DNA from: Chiloscyllium plagiosum
Taxonomy: Eukaryota
Direction of reading: 5' to 3'
Length of the DNA: 64,000 bases
Assembly (NCBI RefSeq): GCF_004010195.1
Contig: NC_057718.1
Coordinates: 66,030,770-66,094,769, forward strand
Numbering within the stretch: position 1 is the first letter of the stretch; the number at the start of each line of letters is the position of its first letter. Position numbers and translations under genes: made by a program. The notes under the pieces are model-generated. The model was not told the DNA's origin. It was given only the letters and a program-made list of their open reading frames with translations, and did not search any database. Below are positions 34,361 through 47,142 of the stretch, piece after piece.

Positions 34361-35949
34361 ATCACTATTGACTGTTATTACAGTAATTTTTCATAAGTAA
34401 GCACTAGTGTGAGAGTTTAAAAGATGTTCTGTTTGGATCTGAACTTGTAGCTGTTTTACCTAAATCTGTATTTCACAAAAATATTTTAGGTATTCATGTG
34501 CCCTTAGTAAAATTTTAACAGATTTACAAACATGTAGAATTCAGTGCTGTTGTTGAAACCTTTTTCAAATGTAATTTTAGGATTGTTAATGACAATGACT
34601 GTATTTGGCAAAAAGAAAGTAAACAAAACTTGCAATCAGTGCAGATTTGGGTTTTCACGCATTAAGAGAAAATTACTTTGTAGAAATATTGAAGAATGAT
34701 GAGCTTGGGAATGGAGGGGCAAAACTTCAAATATCTGTGTGCCAGGGAGAAAGTAAGTTGTATTCTTCTAGCAGTTGAGTGGCAAGTAATGGTGTCAGAG
34801 CTTCTACCATTAAGTCACCACATACCCTAACTTAGTGTCCTTAACAGAAAATGCCCAGTTCCAAGATTTAGTTAGTGCCTGCTAATGGAAACTGTTGGTT
34901 ATTTATAGCATAAGGATTTTAAAATTTATATATTTATCTATTCATTATGGATATTAGAACCTATTGTAGGTATAAGTTCAGAAATAATTGTGGTATGAGA
35001 TGAAAAACAAGTCAAAAATTGCAAATACTGAGCAGAAAAAGCAGGTCAACCATCATCTGAAGAAAAATGTATTTGATGTTACTATCATTTCAAGAATTTG
35101 TAACTTTTTACTGCTATATTATCATCACATGATCCTTTCTAGTATTTTTGGTTATGTTGCCGAGCCTCAAAGTTATCCAGCTACACATTTTATGTTGGAA
35201 TCTAGGTAACTATTTTGTGTGAAAATGAAGGGAATAGCAGAAAATTGACATAAGGTGGGAAAGTAGAGTGAATGCAAAATTCAGCCATGATCTTATTGGA
35301 TCTCAGAGCTTGTGAACTCAAGCATACTCCAGCTACTACATTGTTAAAGATGACTAAATATATTAAATACGTACCAGTAAGCAATAAGATTCACCAAAAA
35401 TAACTTAAGTGCAGAATCAAATTGTGCATCCTGCTGTTCTGCCACTACTTCTTACAGTGCTCGCCATGAGCAAAATATTCACTATTATGTAGCATTACTC
35501 TCAATTCAGACTTTAGACAGTTTGGTAAAATCTCTTTGTTTTAACCCTCTTGTCCACAGACAAAAATATTATCTAAATTTTTTTGTCTAAACTGCTATGT
35601 ACTGCAGAATTGGGCTCCTTGGTTTTGGTGCTGTGGTGCCTTTTTGATAACAAAATGATGTTGCACCACCTGCATATTTCTGTTGCAGTACTTTCCACCC
35701 AGCACCTTGTTGGAGGTATTTGCACTGGAAGTGCCCTGGAAGTCAACACATTAATCAGATTGTTACATCTTTCATGTGTAACAGATGTGGTGCCAGTGTT
35801 GCCATTTCAGTCTCATTGCCAAGCTAACATAGACAGCTGAACATGCGTATGGCAACAAGATGAACCTCCCCACCCACCCTTGCTCCAGTTCGTCAATTCT
35901 ATTTAAAGGGATAATTGTCAACTTGCAAATTAGTTGCAATTCTGTTCAA

Positions 35950-36800
35950 GTTTGTGGAAATTCATGGTGGTTAGAAGAGTTGAAGAAGTACTTATTGCCC
36001 AGCACTAAAGATAGGAAAGTCTTTGAGCATGCAAAGGTTTTGGTCTGGCCACTTGATTTTAGTCAGAGGTATTCTTGCTAAAATTCAGTAAGGATGAGGG
36101 CATGCTATTTTAAGAGGGAGGACAAAGGACTTTCAGCAAGAAGCAGTCAACTATGGTGAGAACAGTGGATTTGTCATTTTTGCTTTACAAAATGAGACAC
36201 TCAAAGAAGTCTGCCACTTATTCTCACTCGACCAGGAAATAACTTTGCTAATACTGGATGTTCATGTGACCATAGCTGTCCATTTCTTCTTGTTTGGCTT
36301 TTAAATTAGCTCATGAAGCATATTTGTCATCTCCGTGTTTGCTGTCCATTGCTGCAGCTGACAGGTGCACTCTATGCCAAGAAACAGAAGTTTACTCTGC
36401 ACTCTGAACAAAGAGAAACAAGTATGCATAAGCTTTTCTCCAATAATGAGCTTCCATGGGACTCAACGTCATCAGCTATAAGTAAGTGGCCATGGCACTG
36501 CATTTCTATGCTGGGATCCAACTCGGCTACAAAAGTTTTCAAGCACTGTATGCACGTTTTTGTGTGTGATTACATTCAGATGTCATACCTGTCATCAATG
36601 CAGCAATCATAATGCTTTCTACACCAATCTGCCATTGCCTTAGTTTTTCAAACACCACATCAAATCAGAGGGTACTTGCTGGCGACTAGGACTATCTGCT
36701 TTACACCTAGCTCATGATTCCATTCTGCAATCCAACCACAAATGATCAGCATGCGTGCATTGTGAGCCATTGAACAAAACATTGAAGTCATGAAGCAAAA
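35950..36800 (-). mobile_element. Highly decayed RTE-like LINE
   Basis: Faint minus-strand remnants (E.WT.Y; SLLK; D.AAL-like) in the order expected for RTE ORF2. Confidence 0.35.
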
Positions 36801-37179
36801 ATCCCACTGCTTGGACTACCTGAAGAAGGAACTGTCATGAGGTCATAGCTCTTTCTGTCAGGGGTACAGCAAGTAATTTGAGGAGATGGAACAGAAGAGT
36901 TGGCTAGTACTGTACATCTCTTTTCTGGCAAAGCTGTTGATAGCCACATACAACTGTTCCATTGAGTGCGTCACAAGCCCCTCCTATTGTACAACACATC
37001 TTGCCATCCTGTTGACCACAGTGCTGATACAGAAGCCACCACAAAACAATCATTCCAAATCAATTTCATCCAACATACCAACCAATATTCTAAGCAAAAG
37101 TGAACTAATTATCCTTATATCTATATCCGATTGTCCTTAGCTGTCTTTTATTGTCCTTGCCAGGCTTAATATGCCTTCA

Positions 37180-37295
37180 ACAAAACACAATTTGCTGGAG
37201 AAGCTCAGCAGGTCCGGCAGCATCTGTAGAGAGAAAGCAGTTAATGTTTTGTATCCAGTTACCCTCCTCCAGCAATTTATATTTTTGTTTCAGAC
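37180..37295. mobile_element. Older fold-back Penelope-type remnant
   Basis: aacaaaacacaatttgctggagaagctcagcaggtccggcagcatctg ... ctccagcaattt inverted ends; related to 50577-50735. Confidence 0.55.
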
Positions 37296-38137
37296 TTTCA
37301 TCCACATTTTCTTGATTTATTTTAGTAGATCTTCACATTACTGGAGTAGCAATGCAACATGCCTGGTAGAAGGCGCTGACTTTTATAAATTAAGATGGTG
37401 GATAACTTTAAACGATTCTCTTAGGCAGATTGCACAACCTCTGTGTGGGTGGCAGCAGTCTGGGCTGGTTGACCATCAGCAGAAAGGACACTAGCAGTTG
37501 TGGGAATATAACTGCTGTTACCTCGATGGAACAGGAGATGCATGCCCCTCTCAATGACCTGCACTCCCTTAGGATGTTACCTTAACTAACCTACTAAGGG
37601 GAAACAAAATGCAGGCTTCTCAAGACCCTGAATCTAAAACTGTCCAAGTAAGAATGACAACGAGTTGACATTTTATGACTTCAAATAGAATGTTCACATC
37701 AACACTCGCAAACAGGAGCCATCCAATGCACTACACCAGAAGATGAGAGAATGGCAATTGAATGTTGCACATGGTGGAGTCCACAAGTGTTTTTCCACTA
37801 TTTCCCCACCAAAAAAGATATGGTGTAATGTCTGTGTAAAACTCTTTACCAGATTGGAGACAGATTCCTCCTTGTTTTCTGACAGTAGCAACGCTTTTCC
37901 TGGCAAACCTACTGGTGGGTCAATAAAGATGTACATCAACCTTTTTTGGCTGCTCCTTCAGAGTTCTCTGCAGCAGAATTCCTGTAATCTCTCCATCCGA
38001 GGAATTAACATCGACGCTATCCATTTCCTCCAACACCTGGCTGCACCCACTCATACCTGGTCACTCACCATGTGTAGATCTGGAGTTGTGATTTTTCTTA
38101 AGTCCCTTGAAATTCTGGGTTGACACCAGATTGAAAT

Positions 38138-38345
38138 TTTTTTATTCATTCACAGGATGAGGGTGTCGCTGGCTGAGCCAGCATTTATTGCCCATCCCTA
38201 ATTACCTAGAGGGCAGTTAAGAGTCAACCAGATTGCAGTGGGTCTGGAGTTAGATATAGGCCAGACCGGGTAAAGATGGCAGAGTCCAACCAAATGGATT
38301 TTTCCAACGATTGACAATGGATTCACGGTCACTGTTAGACTCTTA
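38138..38345 (-). mobile_element. tRNA-derived SINE 3' part
   Basis: ccagcatttattgcccatccct...agagggcagttaagagtcaacca is the reverse complement of 1925-2010. Confidence 0.75.
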
Positions 38346-38924
38346 TCTAGCATTACTTGGGTATCTGAAAAGATGTAAGTACCAGGATAGAGTTTGTATG
38401 AGCTAAGGTGGGAAAGTAAGGGGTGCATGTTTACACCATCTGCAGCTTGACGAATCAGGATAATAGGATGTAGAAGACATTAATTGTATGAAGGTAGGTT
38501 AAGTAGGACCAAACTGCCATCCTTGGCTTTCGCTTCATAACCTCAATTGTGGCTGCACAAATGACTGCCAGCTTATCCCTTCATTGGCTTTGAGAGCATG
38601 CACCCTTGTCTTGCCAATGCTGGTTCAGACTACTACTTCCAGTATGGCCCCAAGTGTTCCTGTAAGTGTGGGTCGTGTGTATATTGTAAGATGAGAATAA
38701 GATTTGCAGTAGTGCTGAGTCTCTGAGAATGAGGTAAGCCTATGATTGTTTGTATAGGTCATTCTTGTTTGGTATTCTTGGTAGATGAGGGACAGGTATG
38801 TGGTAAATAAAGCTGGTGTGTTTGTAGCATATGGCATCTGAAAATGCATTCATTAACATGGACCACTCATGAAGTCATTGAACTTTTTTTGCAGCACTGC
38901 ATCCATGTTAATGGTGACAGAGGC

Positions 38925-39220
38925 CTACAACACAGATAAACACCCATCAGTCCACCACATATGCGCTAGTCAAAAACAACCATCTAATTGTTCTAAACCC
39001 ATTTTTCAGCCTTGTATGCCTTGGGTTCGCAAGTGCACATCTAACTACTTCTTAAATGTGAGGGGTTTTGCCTCTATGACCCTTACAGGCAGAGTTTCAG
39101 ATTCCCACCACCCTCTGGATGAATTTGTTTTACATCTCTGAACGGTTTGCCCTTATCCCAATGCCTCTTGGTCATTGATCCCTTCCTCCATCCTACCTAA
39201 CCTATCTAGGCCCCTTGTTC
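38925..39220 (-). mobile_element. CR1-like 3' end
   Basis: gattcccaccaccctctgg (reverse complement of QRVVGIW) and tail features. Confidence 0.6.
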
Positions 39221-40519
39221 TTGAAGTTATACTGCTGACATGGACAGTGGTAGCTCTTTGTTCCTGCTGCCTTCTTACTGTGTTTCTGGAGAACCTATGA
39301 ATTGAGAATAGGAGTAGGCCTTCAATCCCTCAAGTCTTCTCTGCCATTTAATAAAATACTGGCTAATCTGCTTGTAATCTCAAGCCCAGATTCCAACCTG
39401 CACGATTAACCTTTCATCTCCATGCTAAGCATGAATCTATCCTGCTGTACCTTAAAAGTATTTAAAAATTCTGTTTCTACTACATTTTCAGGAAGAGCGT
39501 TCTAAAGGTTTATGATCCTCTTAGAGAAACAAAAATTGCTTCATATGATCGATGTTAAGGTAACTGGCTTGTAATTTCCTGTTTTCTGCCGGTCTCCCTT
39601 TTTGAATGTAGGAGAAACATTTGCAATCTTCCAATTTTAATAGAACCTCTTCAGAATCAAAGGGGTTTGGAAAGTTAAAACTAATATATCATCTATCTCA
39701 TTTGCCACTTGTTTTTACCTACACATGCTAAAATTAATTAGGATGTGGGTATTTGTCAAGCCTTACTTCCAAAACCTTACACAGCACCAGTTCTCTAGTG
39801 ATTGTGATCTTTGAGTCTCTCCCTTCCATCTCTTGATTTAAAGCTGATTTTAGGAGCTTACTTCTAATCTCAATAGTGAAGATTGCAAAATACCTTTTCA
39901 ATTAATCTGCCATCTCTTCATTTTAAATTTTATAATTGTCCCGACTCACCACCTCCAGAAACAAGGTTCATTTTGTTAACTCTTTACAAATATTTATAGA
40001 AAATCGTACTGTCAATTTTTATATTTCTGATCAGCTTTCTCTCGTGCTCTAATTTTCCTTCTCAATTAATTTTTTTTTAAACATTCTGTCCAATTTTCTG
40101 GCCTCCTAACAGTCTTTGCACAATTGTATGCTTTTTCTTTTAGTTAGTGGCAATTTGGCCCTTAGAATTTTTTAACTTGTTGGAATATATGTATTCTTTG
40201 TATTCTAAAACATTCCTTTTAAATGTTTGCCGCTGCATCTCTATTGATCTATATTTACTCTAATTAACCAGTTTTGCATTTACACTGTTGTAATTATCCT
40301 TATTGAAAATAGTCTGAGATCCACTCCTGTTTCCCTCAAGCTGAATGGACAATTCAATCGTATTGTGATTATTGCTAGCAAGTTGTGCCTTTTCTGTGAG
40401 ATGATTAATCCTATCTTGTTACATAATATTGAGTCTACTGTAGTCAGCTCTGTTTTGATTCAGTACCTGCTGTCGTCTGAAACTATCCCAAAAAATGTTT
40501 TGTGAACTCCTTATCGATA

Positions 40520-41600
40520 AGACTCTAAGAAATGGGAATAGGAGTAGGTTGTTCAGCCCCTGGAATGGGCTTCACCATTCAATAGGCCTATGTCTAATCT
40601 GACACTTCTCGCACTGACTTGCTTGCATTTTTACCATAACCCTTGATTTGCTGTACCGGTCAAGAATGTATCTATCTCAGCCTTAAATATACACAACAAC
40701 TCTGCTCCCACAGCTGTGATAAGGAGTTCAAAGGCATTCAACACTCTGAGAGAAGATATTCCTCGTTAACTCAGTCTTCAATTAATGGTCCCTTATTCTG
40801 AGTATGCCCTCTGGTCCTTGATTCTCCCATGAGAAGAAATTGTCTCTGCGTTTACCTTGTCAAGCCCCTAAAGAATCCTATACGTTTCAGTAATATGGTT
40901 CAGTAAGCTACCTCTCATTCTTCTAAGTTCCAGTGAGTAGAGTCCCAACCTGTTAACCTTTGCTTATAAAACAATGCCTTCATACCATGGATCATCCTGA
41001 TGAATCTCCTCTGAACTGCCTCCAATGAAATCATATTCCTCTTAAATAAGAGAATCAAAATGGCTCACAGTACTCCAGATGTAGTCACACTGGCACCTTG
41101 TACAGATGGAGTAAGACTTGCCTACTCATATACTCCAACCCCCTCGAAATAATCGAGAGTGTGCCGCTGAAAAAGCACAGCCGGTCAGGCAGCATCCGAG
41201 GGGCAGGAGAATCAACATTTTGGGCATAAACCCTTCTTCAGGAAGGACGTATGCCTAAAACATCAATTCTCCTGCTCCTTGGAGCTTGCCTGACCTGCTA
41301 TGCTTTTCCAGCGCCATGCTCTTGACTCTGATCTGCAGTCCTCACTTTCCCCCTTGAAATAAAGGCAAAAATTCCATTAGCCTTTCTGATTATGTGCTGT
41401 ACCTGTGCATTAGCTTTGTGTTTTGTGCACAAACACCCTTTTCTGCAGTTTTTCTACATTTAAGTAATACTGTTGTTTAATTCTCCCTTCCAAAAATGAA
41501 CAACTTCACATTTTTCTACATGCTATACCATTTGCTGCCTTTTTGCCCAATTATTTAACGTATCAATATTTTTCTATAAACTGTATCGCTCTCGCAACTT
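40520..41600 (-). mobile_element. Nested CR1-like 3' fragment
   Basis: Tail aataggagtaggttgttcagcccc; cacagtactccagatgt (HLEYC) and tttgcccaa/taccatttgc (WAK.WQM) on minus strand. Confidence 0.8.
41153..41348. mobile_element. Fold-back Penelope-derived mini-element (family A)
   Basis: Inverted copies of the 6137-6230 sequence plus 3' tail; TSD ccccct(c/t)gaaataa 41139-41152 / 41349-41362. Confidence 0.85.
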
Positions 41601-41939
41601 GCTTACTTTGCTCATCTGTCATTTTAAATCCACATATGGATTAAAGTCAACCATAGTTATCACCATTGCCTTCCTGACAGGTTCCCATTATTTCTTCCTT
41701 TCTGTTCCACCCTACCATGTGGTTATTATGAGGGGCCTGTACATCACTCTGACAAGTGATTTTTTTTTTGTCTTTATCATCTCTCAGTTCTGTCCAAACA
41801 GCTTCCACATCCGGATTTCCTGAACATCACTTACTCTCTGTTGTGCTAATATCATTAACCAACAGAGCAAGACCTCCACCTTATCCGAGTTTCCTTTCTT
41901 TCCTAAATGCCCGATATTCTTCAACGAGCCAGGACAGGT

Positions 41940-44184
41940 GTTAGGAATTGCGGTGGGGGATTTCTTTGGGAACACTGACTACAATTCTGTAAGTTTTAGA
42001 ATACTTGTAGATAAAGATGAGTGGTCCTAAGGGAAGAGTACTAAACTGGGCCAAGGCCAATTATATCAAAATTAGGTAGGAGCTGAGAACCTGTGGATTG
42101 GACACAGCTATTTGAAGGGAAGTCCACATTTGAGATGTGGGAGGCTTTCAAAGATAGGTTAAAGATAGTGCAGGATAGGAAGGGCAAGATTCATGAACCG
42201 TGGATGACAGGAGAAATTGTACGACTAGCGAAGAGGAAAAGGGAAGAGTACATAAGGTCTAGGCAGCTAAGAACAGAACTGGCCCTGGAGGAATATCGGA
42301 AGAGAAGGACAAGTCTTAAACGAGGAATCAAGCAAGCTAAAAGACGTCATGAAATAACTTTTTAGCAAGCAGAGTTAAGGAGAATCCCAAAGCATTTTAT
42401 TCTGATATAAGAAGCAAGCGGGTAACTAGAGAAAGGATTGGTCCACTAAAGGATAATGAAGGAAGGCTTTGTCGAACCTGAGAGAATTGGTAGGATTCTG
42501 AATGATTACTTTGCAGCGGTGTTCACTGAGGAGAGGAACATGATGAATCTTGAGATTAGAGATAGAAGTTTGATTAGTCTGGATCACATTGACATAAGTA
42601 GGGAAGATGTGATGGGTAGGCTAGAGGTTATTAAGGTGGACAAATCCCCAGAACTGGATGGAATCTATCCCAAGTTGCTTAGGGAGGCAAGAGAGGAAAT
42701 AGCTGGGACCCTGACCAATATCTTTGTGGCATCCTTAAATACAAGTGAGGTGCCAGAGGACTGGAAGGTTTCTCATGTTGTCCCCCTGTACAAGAAGGGT
42801 AATAGGGATATTCCGGGTAACTACAGACCAGTGAGCCGGTGGTGGGGAAGTTGCTGGAGAGGGTACTGAGAGAGAGGATCTTTTTATATTTCGAAAAGAA
42901 TGGGCTTATCAGTGATAGGCAACATGGTTTTGTGCAGGGGAGATCATGTCTTACCAACTTGATAGAGTTCTTTGAGGAAGTGACCAAGTTGATAGATAAA
43001 GGAAGGGCTGTTGATGTCATATACATGGACTTTAGTCAGGCGTTTGATAAGGTTGCCCATTTTAGACTAATGGAGAAAGTGAAGTCACATGGTGTGCAGG
43101 GTGTTCTAGCTAGGTGGATAAAGAACTGGTTGAGCAACAGGAGACAGAGAGTAGTAGTTGAAGGGAGTTCTTGAAATGGAGAAAGGTGACCAGTGGTGTT
43201 CCGCAGGGGTCAGTGTTGGGTCCACTGTTGTTTGTAATATACATAAATGATCTGGAAGAGGGCACTGTTGGTATGATCAGCAAGTTTGCACATGACACAA
43301 AGATTGGTGGACTGTCATAGAATACAGGAGGATATAGATAGACTGGAGAGTTGGGCGGAAAAATGGCAGATGGATTTCAATCCAGACAAATGTGAAGTGA
43401 TGCATTTAGGTAAGACTAATTCTAGAGTGAATTATACAATGAACGGAAGAGCCTTCGGAAAAGTTGATGCGCAGAGAAGTCTGGGAGTGCATGTCCATTG
43501 TACCCTGACCATTGCTGCACAGGTGAGTAGAGTGGTCAAGAAGGTATATAGTATGCTTGCCTTCATTGGATGGCGTATTGTGTATAGGAGCTGGCAAGTC
43601 ATGTTAAAATTGTACAGGACGTTGGTTTGGCCACATTTGGAATACTGTGTATAGTTCTGGTCGCCACGTTGCCAAAAGGATGTGGATGCTTTGGAGAGGG
43701 TGCAGAGAAAGGTTTACGAGGATGTTGCCTGGTATGGAAGGTGCTAGCTGTGAAGAGAGGTTGAGTAGGTGAGGTGTATTTTCATTAGAAAAAAGGACAT
43801 TGAGGGGGACCTGATTGAGGTTTAAAAAATCATGAAGGGATAGACAGGGTGGATAGAGACAAGCTTTCTCCCAGGGTAAAGGATTCCATAGCGAGAGGTC
43901 ACTGTTTCAAGGTGAGTGGTGGAAAGTTTAAGGGGGATACACGCGGCAAGTACTTCACACAGAGGGTGGTGGGCGTCTGGAACGCGTTGCCAGCAGAGGT
44001 GGTAGAGGCAGGCACGGTAGATTCATTTAAGATGCGTCTGGACAGATGCATGAGTAGGTGGGGAGCAGAGGGATACAAATGCTTCGGAATTGAGCGACAG
44101 GTTTAGACCATATATTTGGATCGGCTCAGGCTTGGAGGGCCGAAGGGCCTGTTCCTGGGCTGTACATTTTCTTTGTTCTTTATT
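41940..44184 (+). mobile_element. Relatively young 5'-truncated CR1-like LINE (RT domain), frameshifted
   Basis: ORFs DKSPELDGIYPKLLRE...GNYRPVS, QHGFVQGRSCLTNL...[27 protein letters not shown](K), LEYCV, WNALP; tail; 5-bp TSD CAGGT 41935-41939 / 44185-44189. Confidence 0.95.
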
Positions 44185-44846
44185 CAGGTATCAATGCATG
44201 TCATCCTGCAGCCATGTCACTGTGATGACAACCAGATCATCATTGTTTATCACTCACTCTGCTCAGTTCATCTGTTTTGAAAGTTATGTGCTTTCAGAAA
44301 CAGTATCTTTAGTTTTTGCTTTTTATTCTTATCATGACTTCAAGTCTTATTTGTTGTTCCACTCTTTGATTTGTCTCTTTCTGTTATGGCTCTGTTTAAC
44401 ATTTCCCAATTTAATAGTTACCTTTGCTTTGTCTTAGTCTTTGATCTACTAATCTTACCAAATTTCTAGTTAATCTTCTCAACTTGCCTAGTTATTGCCA
44501 CTTTCAGGAATACCAGGTGCAGCGTGGTTCAGGTGTAGACTGACCCAGTGACATAGGTCCCATTTTGGCACCAATACTGGAGAATGTCCTGTGAACTGGA
44601 ACCTATTTCTTCCACACCCGCCAGTGAACTGCATTTCATCTTTCTGATCTGATTTGCTCTATGCTAGTTTGCATGTAGCTGAGGTAATAATGCAGAAATT
44701 GACTTTAAGGTTCTGCTTCTTCATTTGATGCCTTGATCCTCATACTAACTATACTGACCTCTACATGCACCACAAAAACTGGATCCTCTCTCTCCCCATG
44801 CAAGTTCCTCTCCAGCCTTTAGCCAATGTCTTGAACCCTGGCAGCA

Positions 44847-45091
44847 GGAGAAAGTGCCGGCTGCAGATGCTGGAGATCAGAGTCAAAAAGTGTGGTGCTG
44901 GAAAAGCACAGTCAGTCAGGCAGCATCTGAAGAGCAGAAGAGTGGACGTTTCAAACATAAGCTCTTCATCAGGAAGCTGATCATCAAGAAAATCACTATT
45001 CCTGATGAGCTTTTGCTCGGAACATACACTCTCCTGCTCCTCGGATGCCGCCTTACTGGCTGTGCTTTTCCTGCACAACATTTTTTGACTC
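44847..45091. mobile_element. Fold-back Penelope-derived mini-element (family A, long arm on minus strand)
   Basis: Inverted arms; TSD tgaaccctgg(ca/ag)gca 44832-44846 / 45092-45106; minus-strand hammerhead CTGATGA-A-GAGC-TTAT-GTTT-GAA-ACGT-C at 44945-44972. Confidence 0.85.
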
Positions 45092-46934
45092 TGAACCCTG
45101 GAGGCAGACAGGCAACGCAGCTGTCCAGATTTCAAGTTCTTTGTTGCAATGAATGAGGCTAATCCCTCTGGTTATACTGTCCCTTAGTACAATTATATTC
45201 TTTTCACCTTAAGTGACATACTGTACCACAGTCTCATGGTGCATTAGCTCCTCTGAGATCCCTACAGTCCCAATTCTCATCCAAACAAACAGCAAGAACC
45301 TCACACCAATTGCAAAGGCTGAGGCTCTTACCTTCAGAATACTATTACCCACTTCACTCAGGCACTCTGTTCTGTCCCTGAATAGTTGATGATAAAAGTT
45401 GACTTCTATTTAGGATTATCAATTAGATTCACAATGTGGTTCACACTTCTGCTGGAAGCTGCATGTATTAGCATCCGAGAACTGTCTTCTGCAGGAAAAA
45501 AAGGAATGTTTCGAATTAAAACAAAGTGTAGGGCAATAGTTCCTGATGCATTCTTCATTTCAGCCCTTTGGCAATAACTTGCCAACCAGAAAACGTCCTT
45601 ACTCCATGCAATATGAATTGTTGTCCCTTTTAAATTTCGTGTTCTTTATCCTGATGACAACATGCCCTTTAATCCATCAAATTCCTGTTGTGTTTCTGTT
45701 CAGAATACATGTTATTGTCAGAAATTGTTTTACCTTCCTCTTGGAATAATAAATGGGGTAGCTCAGAACATAATTAAATTTAATTTTGGAGAATATTTCA
45801 CTGCACTTGAATTAGTAAAGGTCTTTAGGAGGCATTTTATGTATACTATACTTGCAGCCAGTCTCTTGATAAAGTATGAAGTCAATGATATTTGCATGTA
45901 CTATTGATAATAAGATTCTCCTATTCCCTATACAAGAGAAGGGTATCAGCCTGTGACTTTTATTCCCAGTAGATGCAAACTGGTCATTTCCAGTTTAAAT
46001 ACAGTAAATATATTTAGTAAAATTGTTTTTTATGTAAAACTAAAATCTGCCTGCAATAGTGTTCATCAATTGTAATGCTTTTCTGTTGAGTTATGGCGGG
46101 GAATGGTGTATCTCAGATTTAAGCATATTGCTTCAATGTGGTATTGGTATTGGTCCATAAGTTAAATGTTCTCTTATTGCTAGAGTGTGATGTTTTGTGA
46201 TTTCACACTCAACTTTGCTTCTTATCAAATTTTCGACTCAGTTAATAGTATGAAGAAAAAAACATGCTTATGTTTGGCAATCTGTTAGATTTGAATCCAT
46301 TCCCAGAGGTAAAGTGTATTAAAAATATTTATTGCATTTTCAGTTCTTAATGACCAGTGGGAAAGTATGATAGCGAGTCAAAGGGTAAAGAGGTAGACAA
46401 GAAAGTAGAGCTGAGGCTACAATCAGATCAGCCATAATCTTATCAAATAACAGAGCAAGGTAAAGAGGCCAAATGTCTACTCCATTTGTATGCAAGCTAG
46501 TCTGATTGTTGGAACTGTCACATCAAACCAGAAAAATCTTGATATCAAAGTTTCTAGCATTTTTTGTTCCCAACTTAAGTCTTAATTAGTTCACAAACTG
46601 TTGATGGAAATTTATGTAAATCAGTTTCTAACTGGGACTTTGCATCTACATCTTTTTTAATCCACATTTTATTTCAATAAACAAATGAATGCAAAATGAA
46701 AAATCACGATTTCTTTTCATGTCCTCAGCACATGTAAAAAAAAAACATGGTTGTTCATGTCTGCATAGTAATTTAACAGCTCTCAGTCCAGAACTGACAC
46801 CTTTTCTAGCAATTTTTTCATATCGCTCAATCTTACTACCAAACACTGACTTAACTCTACATCACCCTCTGTGTCTGTCTGCAGAGGTATGTGAGAATTT
46901 CATGAGTTGAGAGTTCCATAAGTTTCTGGGATGG

Positions 46935-47142
46935 ACAAAGTTAAAAATCACACAACACCAGATTATAGTCCAACAGGTTTAATTGGAAGCACACTAGCTT
47001 TCGGAGCGAAGCTCCTTCATCAGATGAAGGAGCGTCACTCCAAAAGCTAGTGTGCTTCCAATTATACCTGTTGGACTATAACCTGGTGTTGTGTGATTTT
47101 TAACTTTGTACACCCCAGTCCAACACCAGCATCTCCGAATCA
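46935..47142. mobile_element. Fold-back Penelope-derived mini-element (family B), near-perfect palindrome
   Basis: ~87-bp arms centred on 47022 plus 33-nt tail; perfect 12-bp TSD TTTCTGGGATGG 46923-46934 / 47143-47154. Confidence 0.9.
46992..47026 (-). ncRNA. Minimal hammerhead ribozyme motif (family B)
   Basis: Minus strand: CAT-CTGATGA-A-GGAGC-TTC-GCTCC-GAA-AGCT-A-GTG; perfect 5-bp stem II, palindromic AGCT, predicted cleavage after UA. Confidence 0.72.

Larger units (their letters stand above)
39295..45380 (-). mobile_element. Old, long CR1-like LINE (tail, deleted RT, endonuclease, ORF1 region) carrying nested insertions
   Basis: Tail at ~39300; the endonuclease motif DDLVVITVTWLQ...YRAFRKERKLG*GGGLALLV is reconstituted across the 41940-44184 insertion; ORF1-like sequence at 44500-45380 mirrors 59860-60140. 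Confidence 0.65.

Noticed and set aside
46935..47110. pre-miRNA or DNA-transposon MITE interpretation of the long hairpins
   Set aside because: Variable 11-16-bp TSDs, asymmetric tail, hammerhead core and identity to Penelope termini fit a retroelement origin better; small-RNA production is not excluded
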